Assembly: GCF_006345805.1 (NCBI RefSeq) | Contig: NC_042997.1 | Coordinates: forward strand, 139,624,001-139,688,000 | Origin: Octopus sinensis | Lineage: Eukaryota | Direction: 5' to 3' | DNA length: 64,000 nucleotides | Shown here: positions 1 to 12,700 of the stretch, piece after piece | Layout of the letters: every line of letters begins with the position of its first letter | How positions within the stretch are numbered: the stretch's first letter is position 1 | The notes under the pieces: generated by a model | Database searches by the model: none | What the model saw: the letters and a program-made list of their open reading frames with translations, nothing else | What the model was told of the DNA's origin: nothing | Position numbers and translations under genes: made by a program

Positions 1-128
1 ATAGAATGTAGGTAAAAAGAAATAGGTGACAAGTATATACAATAGGTTGGATAATCAATAAGTGTGTGAGTAATCAATAAACATACACGGATGGATAAAA
101 AAAAAGGTGAAGAGTGAATTTAATAGGT

Positions 129-186
<58 letters not shown>

Positions 187-345
187 CAAGCTTCTTTCAG
201 TTTCCATCGACTCAATTCACTTTTCACTTTTTTTTATTCATTCGCATGTTTATTGATTAAATAATTGCAACTACTTCCAGTTACACACTTACTTGATAAT
301 CCAACCTATTTCTGAATATACTTGTTACCTATTTCTTTTTACCTA
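1..345. repeat. Foldback inverted repeat enclosing a (TA)n microsatellite
   Basis: 1-130 is the reverse complement of about 205-345 (e.g. aaaagaaataggtgacaagtata / tatacttgttacctatttctttt); (TA)n at about 131-186; truncated by the window edge. Confidence 0.75.
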
Positions 346-709
346 TATCCTTTCACCTGTATTTGGTTGCTGGCACTCATATAATTCTGAATAAATGGAT
401 GAAAGAATATTTTATGCTTGACCAGCTTAAATTAGGATCAAATTTGCAGTGAATGAAAGCCTCAAATATGGAAGAAAATATTTCATATGCTTTCCTTCAC
501 TTGATTATTAAGTATATTGTGTAAACAATGTCCCAGATATATTTCCTTTTTAAACAATTTTCTTTCACTCTGCAAAATAAGAGATGTCTGTATGTAATTA
601 CACACCAGTTTGTTTGCAAATAAATTATGCTTCTGCCTAAGAACCACAAATAAAAAAGTAAACGATATCTTGAATTGTTTTCAGTACTTGATCATGAAGA
701 AATGGTTAA

Positions 710-2147
710 TATAAAGATTTGCTCCCGTTAGTGAAAGAAAAAAATACAGCCTGCTAGGTGTTAAAAACTGTGCAGAAAACGAATATAAAAAAAATTTGTG
801 CAAACGAATGTTGGGGAGGGGAGTGGACTTTCGGAAAATTCAAAAGATCCGATTTTTCCCTCAAAACTTTCAGAAAAATGGATATATATTGATGAGATTT
901 TATAGAAATACCGTCCAAATTGCACAAATTACGAGTATAATGACATTTCTGGGTAAATTTTTTTCCGAAGGGATGGGGAGAGGACTGTCGGAAAATTCGC
1001 ACAATCCGTTTTTTCCCCCTCATAATTTTTAGGAAAATGGATATCTTTTAATGAAATTTTACGGAAACTTCTTTCAAACAACATAGATTGTGATTATAAA
1101 GAAATTTGTGGGGAAAATGTTTTCCGAAGGTGTGGGAAGAGGACTGTCGGAAAGTTCACACGATCCGTTTTTTCTACCTCATAATTTTCAGGGTCTAGTT
1201 TAGCGTCGATCACAAAAACTTTTTTTTTTTCCACCGGATTCCTGTTTTCGATGACGGAGATTCCGAATATGCAAAAGCTACGTTTTCAAAAATTCTAATT
1301 CCACCCAACTCCCAAATTTTTGATTTTAACTTTTTTCGAATATTTTTTTTTTCAATCTACGAGGGAAAATATGGAGATGAGGGGAAAACATTTTGATTTC
1401 AAATTTTTTATGAAAAACTCTGAAATTGATCAACACCTCACCACCTCATCCCGCTGTCTAAAAGTGAAAATGTTTTGTCCGTTTCCGCATGCGTAGATTT
1501 ATAGTGAAACAGCAAAAGGATCACATGTGAAACCCTCACCACGAAACTCGAAATGCTAAAAATAACAGCTAAATGTCTGGAGAACTTTTGTGTTTCTGTG
1601 TGCGTGCGTGCAACAATTTCTACAGCTTATCCGAATGAACAGAGAAAAAAGTACACAAAATATATTTTACATACCTATCGTATACGTCGTTTTTTTGGGG
1701 GGAGGGGGGTCGCTTTAAAGGTAAAGGATTCTGATAGAAGCAATTATCTTACTGTCAATTCATTGGAGTAATCCCAACAAAATACTACAAGTGTAGTCAC
1801 TGGCTCAGCACCTATGTTTATGTTCTTCATTCCAAAATAAAAAAAAACTTTCGTGTCGACTTTCTGACAGTCCTCTCCCCACCCTTTCGGAAAACATTTC
1901 CCCCACAAATTTCTTTATAATCGCAATCTATGCTGTTTGAAAAGTGTTTCTGTAAAATTTCATCAATATATATCCATTTTCCTGAAAGTTATGAGGGAAA
2001 AATCGGATCTTGTGAATTTTCCGAAAGTCCTCTCCCCACCTACCACGTTCGTTTGCACCATTTTTTTTTCATATTCGTTTTCTACACAGTTTTTAACACC
2101 CAGCAGATTGATCTTTTTTTTTCCGTTAACGGGAGTCAATCTTTATA
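710..2147. mobile_element. Non-autonomous long-TIR (foldback) DNA element with modular subterminal repeats
   Basis: Termini TATAAAGATT.../...AATCTTTATA flanked by TTAA at 706-709 and 2148-2151. Arms are built of about 160-175-bp units (GGGGAGAGGACTGTCGGAAAATTC at about 803, 975, 1134; inverted units at 1860-2045). No transposase ORF. Superfamily unassigned. Confidence 0.75.
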
Positions 2148-2864
2148 TTAACGGGAAAAGGTGTGTCTATATTTCCAGGTTTCTAAGAAAGTAAAAGTTT
2201 CTACTTGTTAAAAGTGCCGCGCAAACCAAAAATTGAAAGTATTTTCTGCAAAATGAACTTAGGAACGAAAGTAAGATGGTGAAAAGTAGAGTGCTAGATA
2301 AAATATTCAGTCTGACGCTATCATTGAAGTTGGACCCATCAAACATTTCGGCTACATACCTAATTTACATGAGTAAAACGTAATAGCTATTAACATTCGA
2401 TACACCGAAGAGTATCGAATATTTATAGAAGAGAGAACAACTTACAGCAAATACACGAAACAATTATTATTCTGAAAAATTTATTTCAGTCACCAACATT
2501 TATTTTGCTTTCACTTTATATTTGTTTTTTTTTTTTTGATTTTTTAAATTACCAAGCATTAAGTGTTTCCACCGGCTTACTGTCATCCAAAGCTCGATCA
2601 TTATTCCAGTCATCTAACTGTATTTTCCTAAGGTTCCAATCTTTCTACATGCCTTACAAGGAAGACGTGACATTTAACTACATTAAAAAATTTCCCGGAG
2701 ACAATATAAACTGTAAAGTTGAGAGATTTGTAGCATTTCTCTGCAAGGCTTACATACAGTATTGATTCGATACAGTACTTTGTTCATAAGTGTTCTAGAC
2801 TGCGATTGATTTAAACTCGCAAGTATCCCTCTTACTCGAGAAGTATAATGTATTTAATCAAAGT

Positions 2865-3062
2865 TAAGTTCTCTCCCGAGCCTGGTCCATTTGGCCAGAG
2901 CTTGTCCTAGTTTCTGCAAAGACTTTTCATCTAAACGGTTTTCAAATGAGAAAACAGAAGCAACATGAAATGAAATACTCTGCTCAAGAACACAACGCAC
3001 CTTGCATCCCAACCCTACGATTGAACGATCGTTTAACCAAACACCCTACTACACTATGCGCC
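2865..3062 (-). mobile_element. Degenerate tRNA-derived SINE
   Basis: Reverse complement of the gtgttcttgagcaag-type body seen at 8573, 11310 and 56362. Confidence 0.55.
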
Positions 3063-3780
3063 TTGACAAACCACTTTTCATAGGATACATCACATTTTAT
3101 ATAGATTTTATTCTATAGTCCTAAGAAAGGAAAAATACAAAAAAAAATTTTTTAATTGCTGCAGGCTCATTAAAGTTTCTTCTGGTTCAACTTCCTTTAT
3201 TTCCAAGCAGACGCAAATTTCTAATTTTTTAAACGTTGTCAGTCTAAAGAGTTTTTTTTTAAATGATAATGGGGATAGCTGAGCGATGTCTAAGTCATTA
3301 AGGTTTGCTTTTAATTGTTGCAGAATTTTAGTAGGAAATCCTAATGTATACGCGAATAGTATTCTGGCGAATTATGCTATTTCTGGGGAAATAAAAGGCT
3401 TGAGCAAAATATTTCGAATGAGATATGAGAAAGAACAATGGCTGGGAGAAAGAATAGTAGGTGCAGCGTCGATAAGATTAAACAAAAATATACATAATAA
3501 TAGTGTTAATATTGAATATCTTTCTGATCAAAAGAGGAAAAGAACAGTGATGTGCAACTAAGTAAAAGGATTTAAGTTTGTCTGCTTGGATCCCTTACAC
3601 GAATAACTATGTGAATCGGAATATGAAAAATAACATTTAAATAGGACTGTACATGATTATAATTAGTACACTCAGTTGTTTTTGTAATATTCTAGGTCTT
3701 TCCTATCGATTTACTCAACAAATAGAATGTATACAGATTTTATTACAGCGAGAGAAAATTAGAAGCTTTGATCTATTATT

Positions 3781-3901
3781 CGCTTAACGACCCGCTACTC
3801 TTGCGGTAGAGTAAAGTGGGCGCAGCATGCAAATACAACTTAACCGAACGGAGTAAATTTCAGATATGTAATGTTGGTCTTTAATACATTTATATGTGAG
3901 T
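3781..3901 (+). promoter_or_regulatory. Candidate CNOT10 promoter / non-coding first exon
   Basis: Last CpG-retaining patch before the CpG-poor CNOT10 body; ATGCAAAT at 3827-3834; possible donor GTGAGT at 3896-3901. Coding exon 1 has an acceptor 6 nt before the ATG, so an upstream exon must exist. The location is inferred. Confidence 0.35.
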
Positions 3902-4275
3902 ATCTTTCCCATTTATACAAGCTTTTCCCCGTCAAATATATATTTTTGTTCACATTAGCATCCTTTAGAGATCAAGCAGATATCAGAAATTCTAACCATA
4001 AATATATCTTAAGAAGTCAAAGATAAAACACTTGTTTTTACATTGGAAATATCTTCAGTTTAAAAGTTGTTGACTTGCTGTCTGATTACTAGAAAATATA
4101 ATTTAATTATTAACATAACATTTGTTTAATTTGTATTTTGCTATTCCTTAACATAGTATCTATCACATCGCATTCCAATGTCCTTCTTTTCAACAGCTGA
4201 AGTGAAATCTGTTTTCACCGTTTACTATATCCACACACTAATTAGTTTAGGTGTGAGTATATATATATATAAATA

Positions 4276-4312
<37 letters not shown>

Positions 4313-5799
4313 GTGTGTGTGTGTATGTATGTGTGTGTATTATATTAAATCATATTTGTATTATATTATAAATAGCTTGTGTTGCCTTTATAAGCAGTTT
4401 TTCGTAGATGTTGCTACTGAAATTATATGATTTTCCATAAGACTACCTTTCCTTATTTAGCTTAGGTGAAATGCATTATGAAGAGAGTAAAGGAATTCCG
4501 CTTGCAGTTTTAGTCTTAGTTATTTTCTTTTAAAATGAAAATTAATAACAATACCAAAACACATTCCAAATCTTTGTGAAGCTCTGATCTTGCACGTGTA
4601 ATGATATGAAACATTTCTGCACTAGTATTCTCTGTTGAATTGATGGTTACTAGCTCATAATTTGATGTATATTTTTTAATGTGATACATCTAATATGTTT
4701 GTACTTGTTTAATCAAGTGCTTCGTATAATTCCCCAGATACCTTATAAATGAGTTATTTACTAAGTTGTTAACCCATGAGTTAAAGGATTAACTTGTACA
4801 ATTGTTTAATATTGTATACTTACTTCTTAATAGCCGTCAGTAAAAGTTTCTTTTTTTTTTTCTTTATCTATCGACCGTAGAAGTTTAAAAATCTATGTTA
4901 TTATAGCTGGATCTACTCTTAGAACTAAAACCTGGTTAGTCTAAGATTGATTATTTAAGCTGTTTTTGGCGTGTACTATACACTTGTGTTTGTGTGAGAG
5001 AAAGAGACAGTTGCAGTTGCTGAGTAAATTATAAGATGAAATTTTGTTACAATTATCAAATCAAAAAAACGTGTTCTTGTCTCAACTTCATAGTTGACTA
5101 ATTACCATTTGGAAAGGCAGTAAGTTACAAAAGTAATTCATATGCAAATATCCATGGTTATATAGAGATGGTACCTCCTAAATCATGGCCGTGTTCGATT
5201 TGTAGTGAGAGAGTCAGTGTGTTGAAATTCATTCATGAAATCAATGGTTAACGACTATAACGGAACTTTTAATTTGTATGCCCTGCAAATAAGGTGTTAG
5301 CAGTACTAGAGATTGATGTTAGTGATGTAGTACCCAAAGACACCAGTTAGAAATGGTTTAAAATATTGTTTTTATTGGCAACATAGCTCGGTTTCCCCCT
5401 ACATTGGCAGTTGTGGACATCATCTAGTAAAGAATAAATTTCAATATGGTTTGGTGATAGTGCAGTGTAAATTTCTGTGAGAGTTAACGTACAGGTGGGT
5501 TGAGAAAATAAAATTGTCAATCATTGCGTGCAGAAAAATGAATTTATTGATGTAAACATTAGTTGATGCATACTAGGTGGGGAGTAACCATGTTGACAGT
5601 TAAGCTTTATGAGGTTGGTATGTACTAAAACTAACCAGAAATATTAAATCTCACCTATGCTAAACTTAACGGGTCAAAATATATGGAAATCTGATCTACT
5701 GCAAACTTATTCAATTCCTACTATAATTAAAAAAAAAAAGAAAAGAAAAATATAATGGTGTCGTATTAAGGAACATCACTAACATCAATATTTTTTATG

Positions 5800-6140
5800 A
5801 CCATATCTTTAACTTTTCCATCGTTGCGGTGTGCCTGTCATGCTGGACTGGATGGGTTCTGTTTTTTTCATGTCTAAGAACCAACACGTCGTTATTTGAC
5901 CAGCCATTCTATCAGAAGTCACCCTTGATCTTCCATTACCACAGATTCTTGTATTTTTTAAATCCAGCATGTTTTGCTCATTGACATTACAAATCCACAT
6001 CAACAGAGATGGTTCACCTGCACTCTCTGTCCCCTATCTTTAGTGTTTAGTTATTTCCTTAACTATGTTGTCTGCAGTCTTTCTCATAGGTTAGCATTGT
6101 ACATCTGAAAGACTATATGTAGATAATTCTTCTCCAGTCA
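5800..6140 (-). mobile_element. Decayed RTE-clade LINE C-terminal fragment
   Basis: ORF MMWICNVNEQ...GRSRVTSDRMAGQITTCWF resembles the RTE RT C-terminus seen more intact at 20319-20594. Confidence 0.5.
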
Positions 6141-6158
6141 CTGGAGATCTTTGACACA

Positions 6159-6562
6159 GGCACAGGCATGGATGTGTTGTAAGAAGTTACCTATGCAACC
6201 ACATGGTCTTGGGTTCAGTCCCATTGTGCAGCACCTCAGGCAAGTGTCTTCTATTACAACGCTTGGCCAATCTAAGCTTTCTGGGTAGATCTGGTAGACA
6301 GGAACTGAAAGAATCCCTTTGTGTGTGTCTGTCTTCGTGCTTGTTTTTCCCCACCCATCGCTGGACAGCTGGTGTTGGTTTGTTTACATCCCCATGCATT
6401 AGCAGTTTAGCAACAGAGACTGACAGAATAAGTACTGGGCTTACCACTAATTGCGTGTGTGTGTAGAACAGACATGGCTGTGTAGTAAGAAGTTTGCTTC
6501 CAAAACACATGGTTCTAGGTTCAGTTCCATTGCATGGCACCTTGGGCTAGCATCTTCTACAA
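6159..6562 (+). mobile_element. Octopus tRNA/CORE-type SINE (family A) plus a second head
   Basis: ggcatggctgtgtggtaagaag head, ggttcagtccc B-box-like motif, ccttgggcaagtgtcttc core; many copies in the window. Confidence 0.8.
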
Positions 6563-7008
6563 TACAGAGATAGGATAAATGAAATTGTGTTAACTAAATG
6601 CTTTCTCCAAGAGAATTAATGGCATAAAGGAAGTAAAATTATTGCTACCAACTTGGAGCTTCTTTCTTATTCTATGATTATTGCCATGTATCAGATTACA
6701 GGTGTGTAAATATTTAATCATCTTGAGAAACATTCTTTTAGGCATGCGGAAGGTAAACAGTCTTTTACCTTCCACACAAGTGAAAGGTAAATGTTTTAAT
6801 CATATTTAGTATAATAGTTCACATGTCTGAATATAAATCGTGATTGTGTCAATTTTTAACTTTCTGAAGTCAATAAAGGAAATGTTTTAGGGCTGATCAG
6901 TCAACATTACAAAAAGGTATCTTGCCCAGGTAATAAATGAAAAATTTTGTAATGACAAACATCCTTTAACTGTTTTATTTATTATTATTTTTTTTTTTCT
7001 AGTGTACA

Positions 7009-7269
7009 ATGGCAGAATGTGATGAGCTAAGTAATAGCAACATGTCAGGTTTACCTGTAAATGATGCTCAAAGTGAACTGGCCAAACAGGCCTGGCAGGA
7101 ATTTAATAAACAACAATATGACAACTGTATCAATATACTAAATAAATTATTGGTCAACCGATCTACGGACTCAAAAGTTATTCACAACAAAGCAGTAGCA
7201 GAATTCTATCAGTCCAAGTTTACCAAAGTCTCAGAATTTAAACAGAGTCTTGCCACAGTTTGCCAACTT
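7009..7269 (+). CDS. CNOT10: CNOT10 coding exon 1 ([10 protein letters not shown]...LATVCQL)
   Basis: Acceptor T-tract+AG at 7001-7002 (so a non-coding exon lies upstream), ATG 7009, donor GTAAGT 7270, phase 0. Confidence 0.95.
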
Positions 7270-9754
7270 GTAAGTTGCTTTTGTTTTAATTTTATACATT
7301 AGTTTCTTATTGGTGTTGAAAATTAAAATTTATTTGTCATCCTTAATGAAGACTTCATCTTCATGTAATAAGGAAAGAACTTGTCCTCCAAACTATTGAT
7401 GATAGCTAGAAATCACAAGAATAAGGATTAATTGAAGTGAAACAGCTCAACTGGGAGCACACTTTTATCATTCATAACTCATTGACTTCTTACAACAAAA
7501 CATTAATTTCGTTCATATATACTTTCTTTCCTGTTATGCAGTGTCAAATCAGTGATTTATATTACTGAAAAACATATATTTAATATTGTATGTCCATCAA
7601 GGTTTGTTTATTCAGAATACATGCTGTGCAATAAAAGTATAAAACCTCTATAACATATGAATGTTGTAGAGGTGTTATATATATATTGTATGTAATTCCT
7701 ACTAATAGAAAGCATCATCAATAGCTTCATTAGCTCCAGATATTGTGCTGAGATACACAGCACAAATAATAAGTTCAGAGCAGCATCAATATTCATATTG
7801 AGTTTATCTTGGCTGTCTTGATTGTAACCACCACCAGAATCTATAACCTGGACAGAAAGAATACAACATGCTCAGAATGTGTGGTGTAGTCCTCACCTGG
7901 ACAGAGGTATGGCATATGAAGTGATATAGCTGTATGCATTGCATTTAGTCATTCAGCTGATAACTTGCATGTTAGAGGTATACTTGGTCAATGCTAACAT
8001 GGAGCTAACATCCAACACCATTTCATGAATTATCACCATTATTTTATGAAATCTTTATCATCATTACCATACAGTATACCTTTTGTTGTCCTAGCATATC
8101 ACCAACACTTGTCATACTACTATTTCAATAAGTCATGGACATTTGTAACATTGCAGTTCTATTTTGTATCAGATTAATCAAAATATTGGCGAGCTTCTAT
8201 AGCTCACCAATATTATGCTATCAAACACTTCTACTGTCAAACATTATTCAAGCAAGTCAGTCACCAAATGCTTTATATGCAGTTACTATACATAAAGAGC
8301 CATCTTCATTGAGGAGTAGTGAGTAAATGGGTAGGAGGATAGTAAAAGGTTAGCTGTAGATACTCTTTTGATCATGGACTAGATGGCTCAGTAGAAGTTT
8401 AGAAGGCAAAGTGGATTGGCAGTTTGTGTGGTACACAAACACACTATGTTTTTCATGTGATGCAGTGATGGGTAAACATCCAGTTAGTGATAATGGGTGA
8501 CTTCCTCTAGATGTTGTAAACAATATTCTTAAACTATACAGCTGTGAACAAACTAGTTGATATTTTTAATTTAGGCATGTGGGTTAGTGGTCAGCGTAGT
8601 CAGCTCATGATCATAAGATCATGAGTTCAATTCCCAGTGGTGTGTTGTGTCCTTCAGCAAGAACCTTTATTTCATGTTGCTCCAGTCCACTCACTATCTG
8701 TATTTCAAAGGAATAGCCTTGCTATACTCTCTGTCATACTGAATCTCCCTCAGAACAAAATTAAGGGAATGCATGTCTTTGGAGTGCTCAGCCACTTTCA
8801 CATTAATTTCATGAGCAGGCTGTTCCATGTTGATCAGATCAACTGAAACTCTTGTCATAACCAATTGAGTGCAATAATTAGAAATTCCATAAATACTATC
8901 TTTCTTCTGACCTAGAAAGTAAAAAAGGAAGTGAAAATATTTTGGGGAAAAAAAAACAGCTTTAATTTTGTTTTTTTTATTCCAATATCAAGCTGACTTA
9001 TGTAACTTGAGTAAATGTTATATTACTATACCAACACTCTTTTCTTTCAGGAACACATCAATATAGATAGCCTCAGTAATTTAGATGATGTTGACCACAG
9101 TGCTGTTCTTTACAACCAAGCTGTTGTACTTTATCATCACAGACAGTATAAAGCAGCTTTGTCCATCATGGACAAACTGTTTCATTATGTTGAACCTCTT
9201 GGTATGTATCAGTCTTTAATCAAATTATTGATGATGATTGTCAAAATGATGATGGTAGGGTATCAGTATTGAAGATAATTATATTGCGCTAGCATTGAAA
9301 TTAACTAATTATAGTAAGATTGCACTTAGAAATATAGTTATTTTAGTCTTAGTGACTAACATAATCATTTCTCTATTGATTCCTAAATGTTATAAAGTTG
9401 ATTTAAATGGATCTATTTTCCTTGTTTGAGGTAAGGTCCAAGGGATTGGGTTAACCTGGAGCAAAGGGTCCAGTCAAGGTATGTACAGTCAAAGGGTCCA
9501 GTCAAGGTATGTACTAGGCAAGGTTTTTTTGAGGGAAGACTGGCAGTTGTCCATGCAAGCAAGTCTGCTCTCTCCACACCACTGATGTTATCCAAGGGAA
9601 GGGCAGCTGCCTTAGGGCTGACACAGCTTGGCATTAGTGACATTGCAAGCATTACTATCAGAACACAGTACTTATACCTCAAGACATCTTGCCCAATGTT
9701 CTAAAAGTTCTGCTCATCCTCCACCCTGGATTAGAACTCTTTTGTAAATGTGTG

Positions 9755-9790
<36 letters not shown>

Positions 9791-12700
9791 TACATACAAG
9801 GTCTGATAAATAAGTATCCGGAGTGTGGCCATAGTAACGAGGCTAAAGCGTGCAAAGTAAAGCTGCTTGGCACAGATTGACCTTGAACTCTGCTGTGCTT
9901 GCGCACTAACTTTTAACATTCTAACTCACTTTCACTGTTTACAGCAGTGCTTGGAAGGAAGGTGTGTAGTGTGTGATTGTCGCACTGACCATGACAAAGA
10001 AAGTTGTCATGGTGATACCTGCTCAGAGACCTACGCAAAGTTGCAGAAAGTGTATGGAGATCAGTGTATGAGCTGCACACAGGTGCATGAGTGGTTCAGA
10101 CGTTTCCAAGATGGTAAAAAAAATGTTGATATTGATGAACATTCTGGGAGACCCACATGCAGCAGAACTGAGAAAAGCATAACAAATGTGATGGGGGAAA
10201 TCATCAAATCACCATCCGTGAGTTATCAGAGGATGTGCAGATTAGTTATGGTTCAATTCAGTCCATTATCACTGAAACTTTGTGTATGAGACGCGTATCT
10301 GCCAAGTTTGTGCAAAACTGCTTTCAGCTGACCAAAAAGACCCTCGGATTTCAGTTGCTCAAAATCTCCTTGATTGTGTCAAGAACAGTGAAAACTTTTT
10401 GAATGCTTCTGAGCAGGCATTGCCAAGCTTTTGGCAAAATTTGATGCAGATTCTCTGCTCAGCTTTCTCTGTCATGGTCAGTGTGATGATCACATGCTAC
10501 ACACCTTCCTTCCAAGCACTGTTGTAAACAGTGGAAGTGAGCTAGAACATTAAAATTTAGTGTGCATGCACAGCAGAGTTCAAGGTCAATCTGTGCTAAG
10601 TGACTTGATTCTGCCTGCTTTTGCTTTGTTACTATGGCAACAGACCGGATACTTATTGATTAGACCTTGTACATATGAATATTAAATGCTTAGGAATAAA
10701 TTTTTAAAACTAATGTGAAACAACAAAAACTGTCAGACTATTGAATACTAGATTAATGAAACTTTACTCTAAATACATAAGACAGTGGGTTGTTGTATTT
10801 TAGGGAAATTTCGTTGCTTGATAGAAAGTGCATTAAGGGCAGCTCACTGTTACATTATTAAAATAGGATTTTTTTAGCATGTCCAAGACTTCTGGCAGTT
10901 TGCTATGTTTGAGAAGACCTGTCAAGATGTCAAGCTAAGTAAAAATCATGATCATCCATGCATGCAGGCATGTCCTCTATGTCCTCCTCTCATCTGAAAA
11001 TCCTAGTCTTACAGGCTCATAGGTTCTGGTGCCACATTAAAGTGTCCATGCTGGTGTCATAAAAGTGCTCATACCAGTGTCGTGTTAAAAGCACCCAGTT
11101 CATTCTGTAAAGTGGTTGGCATTAGGAAGGGTATCTAGCCATAGAAACGATGCCAAAGCAGACAAATGGAACCCTGGCAGTTTTCCAGCTGGCCAATTCC
11201 TGTCAAACTGTCCAACCCATGCCAGCATGAAGAACAGATGTTAAATGATGATGGTGATGTCAGTTATTGTTGCTCTTTATATATTTTCATGTTTAAAGAG
11301 TTCAGTAAGTGGAAGTGTATGGCTTAGTGGTTAAGGTGATGGACTTATGATCATAAGATTGTGATTTTAATTCCTGGACCTGGCAACATGCTGGGTTCTT
11401 GAGCAAAACACTTCATTTCATATTGCTCCAGTTCACTCAGCTGGCAAAAATGAGTAATCCTGTGAAGGACCAGTGTCCTGTCCAGGATATGGGGAATATA
11501 TATATGCAATGAAACTGGGAAACCAGCCCTTATGAGTTCATACAACTTGAGAAGGTAACTTTATTTTTTAGTTCAGTATTTGGAGTTTAGGATGCGTGAA
11601 TTTTTCAGTGTATTTTATTCAGAAATTATAGTAAATTTAACTAAATTCTCTTTTTTCTACTCATGATACTGGAGAAAAATCAGTGTATATCATACTCAAA
11701 ATTTGTTTCGATATTAACAGAATATATGCTAATTAGTGGCATTGATATGCAAGTTAAAATATATATATATATATATATATGCACACACACACACATCTTT
11801 GAAATTTAAAATAGTTATGGTACAATGACTGGAAAGTTAAAGTTTTCAAGAGAAGGAACTACTGCAAAACTGGAGTATTCTCAAATGTATTTTTATTTTG
11901 TTCCAGAGGAAAACCTTACACGGAAATGCTTGTTTTTGCTTGTTGAGCTTTATCTTCAAACTCACCAGGTAGTTACCAAGTTTCAATTAAATACAACCTT
12001 TACTATTTACTGTTATACTTTTGTTATTGTTTTACTACTCTTCATTGCTTGATTATTTTTTTATAGTACTGAACCGTGAAGATTGTTTTATCTGCTAGAT
12101 AAGCTGTTATATGCTTTGCCCAGGGAGCCAACACAGTTTGGAATTAAAGACTTTGTGGTCACATATAACAATTTAGTATTTGACAACTTAAATACATAAT
12201 TAGTAAAACAATTGTCTTTTAACGTGAGAGACTGAAAGGGAAATGGTTAAAAATGAAATCAAAATAATAATTTTTAAAAAATATTTCTTTGAGTTTTTAT
12301 ATCAGTTGGCAATTATACTCCTTAGTAACTCATTCTCTCTCTATTTTGTCTGTTTTTAAAAAAAACATTTAGACTGTATCCTATGATTTTTATTTATTCA
12401 GAAGAATAATTCTGCACTTTCTTCTAGAATGACTAAAAAGTTAACTGAATGACTAGATTTTTTTTTTTTTTCCACTTTGTCCTTCATTAATTTAGAGACA
12501 AATGGATGAGAGTTTATGATCTTGGGTTGTCATTTTATGGTTTATGAGTTCATAGCTGCCTCTGATATTTTATTTTACAAACTTCACTTTATTTACTTGT
12601 GGAAAATATGCACTAAACCTCTTTAGAAAAGTTACTTACAACAGGCTGCTATCTCTCATTCGCTTAACCCTTTTGATACCTAACTGCCTGAGATCTCCTC

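Noticed and set aside
754-2194. ORFs of 72-89 aa in the foldback element, and most other short ORFs in the track
   Set aside because: They overlap SINEs, microsatellites or inverted repeats, show low-complexity F/I/Y/C-rich composition, and have no splice or homology support.
2395-2420. 9-bp hairpin ATTCGATAC/GTATCGAAT as a Helitron end
   Set aside because: Not followed by CTRR and no matching 5' TC end; isolated.
4765-4790. Minimal piggyBac footprint TTAACCC...AAAGGATTAA
   Set aside because: Too short to distinguish from chance in AT-rich sequence.
3827-5149. Octamer motifs (3827, 5142) as snRNA distal elements
   Set aside because: No snRNA sequence, Sm site or PSE recognisable downstream.
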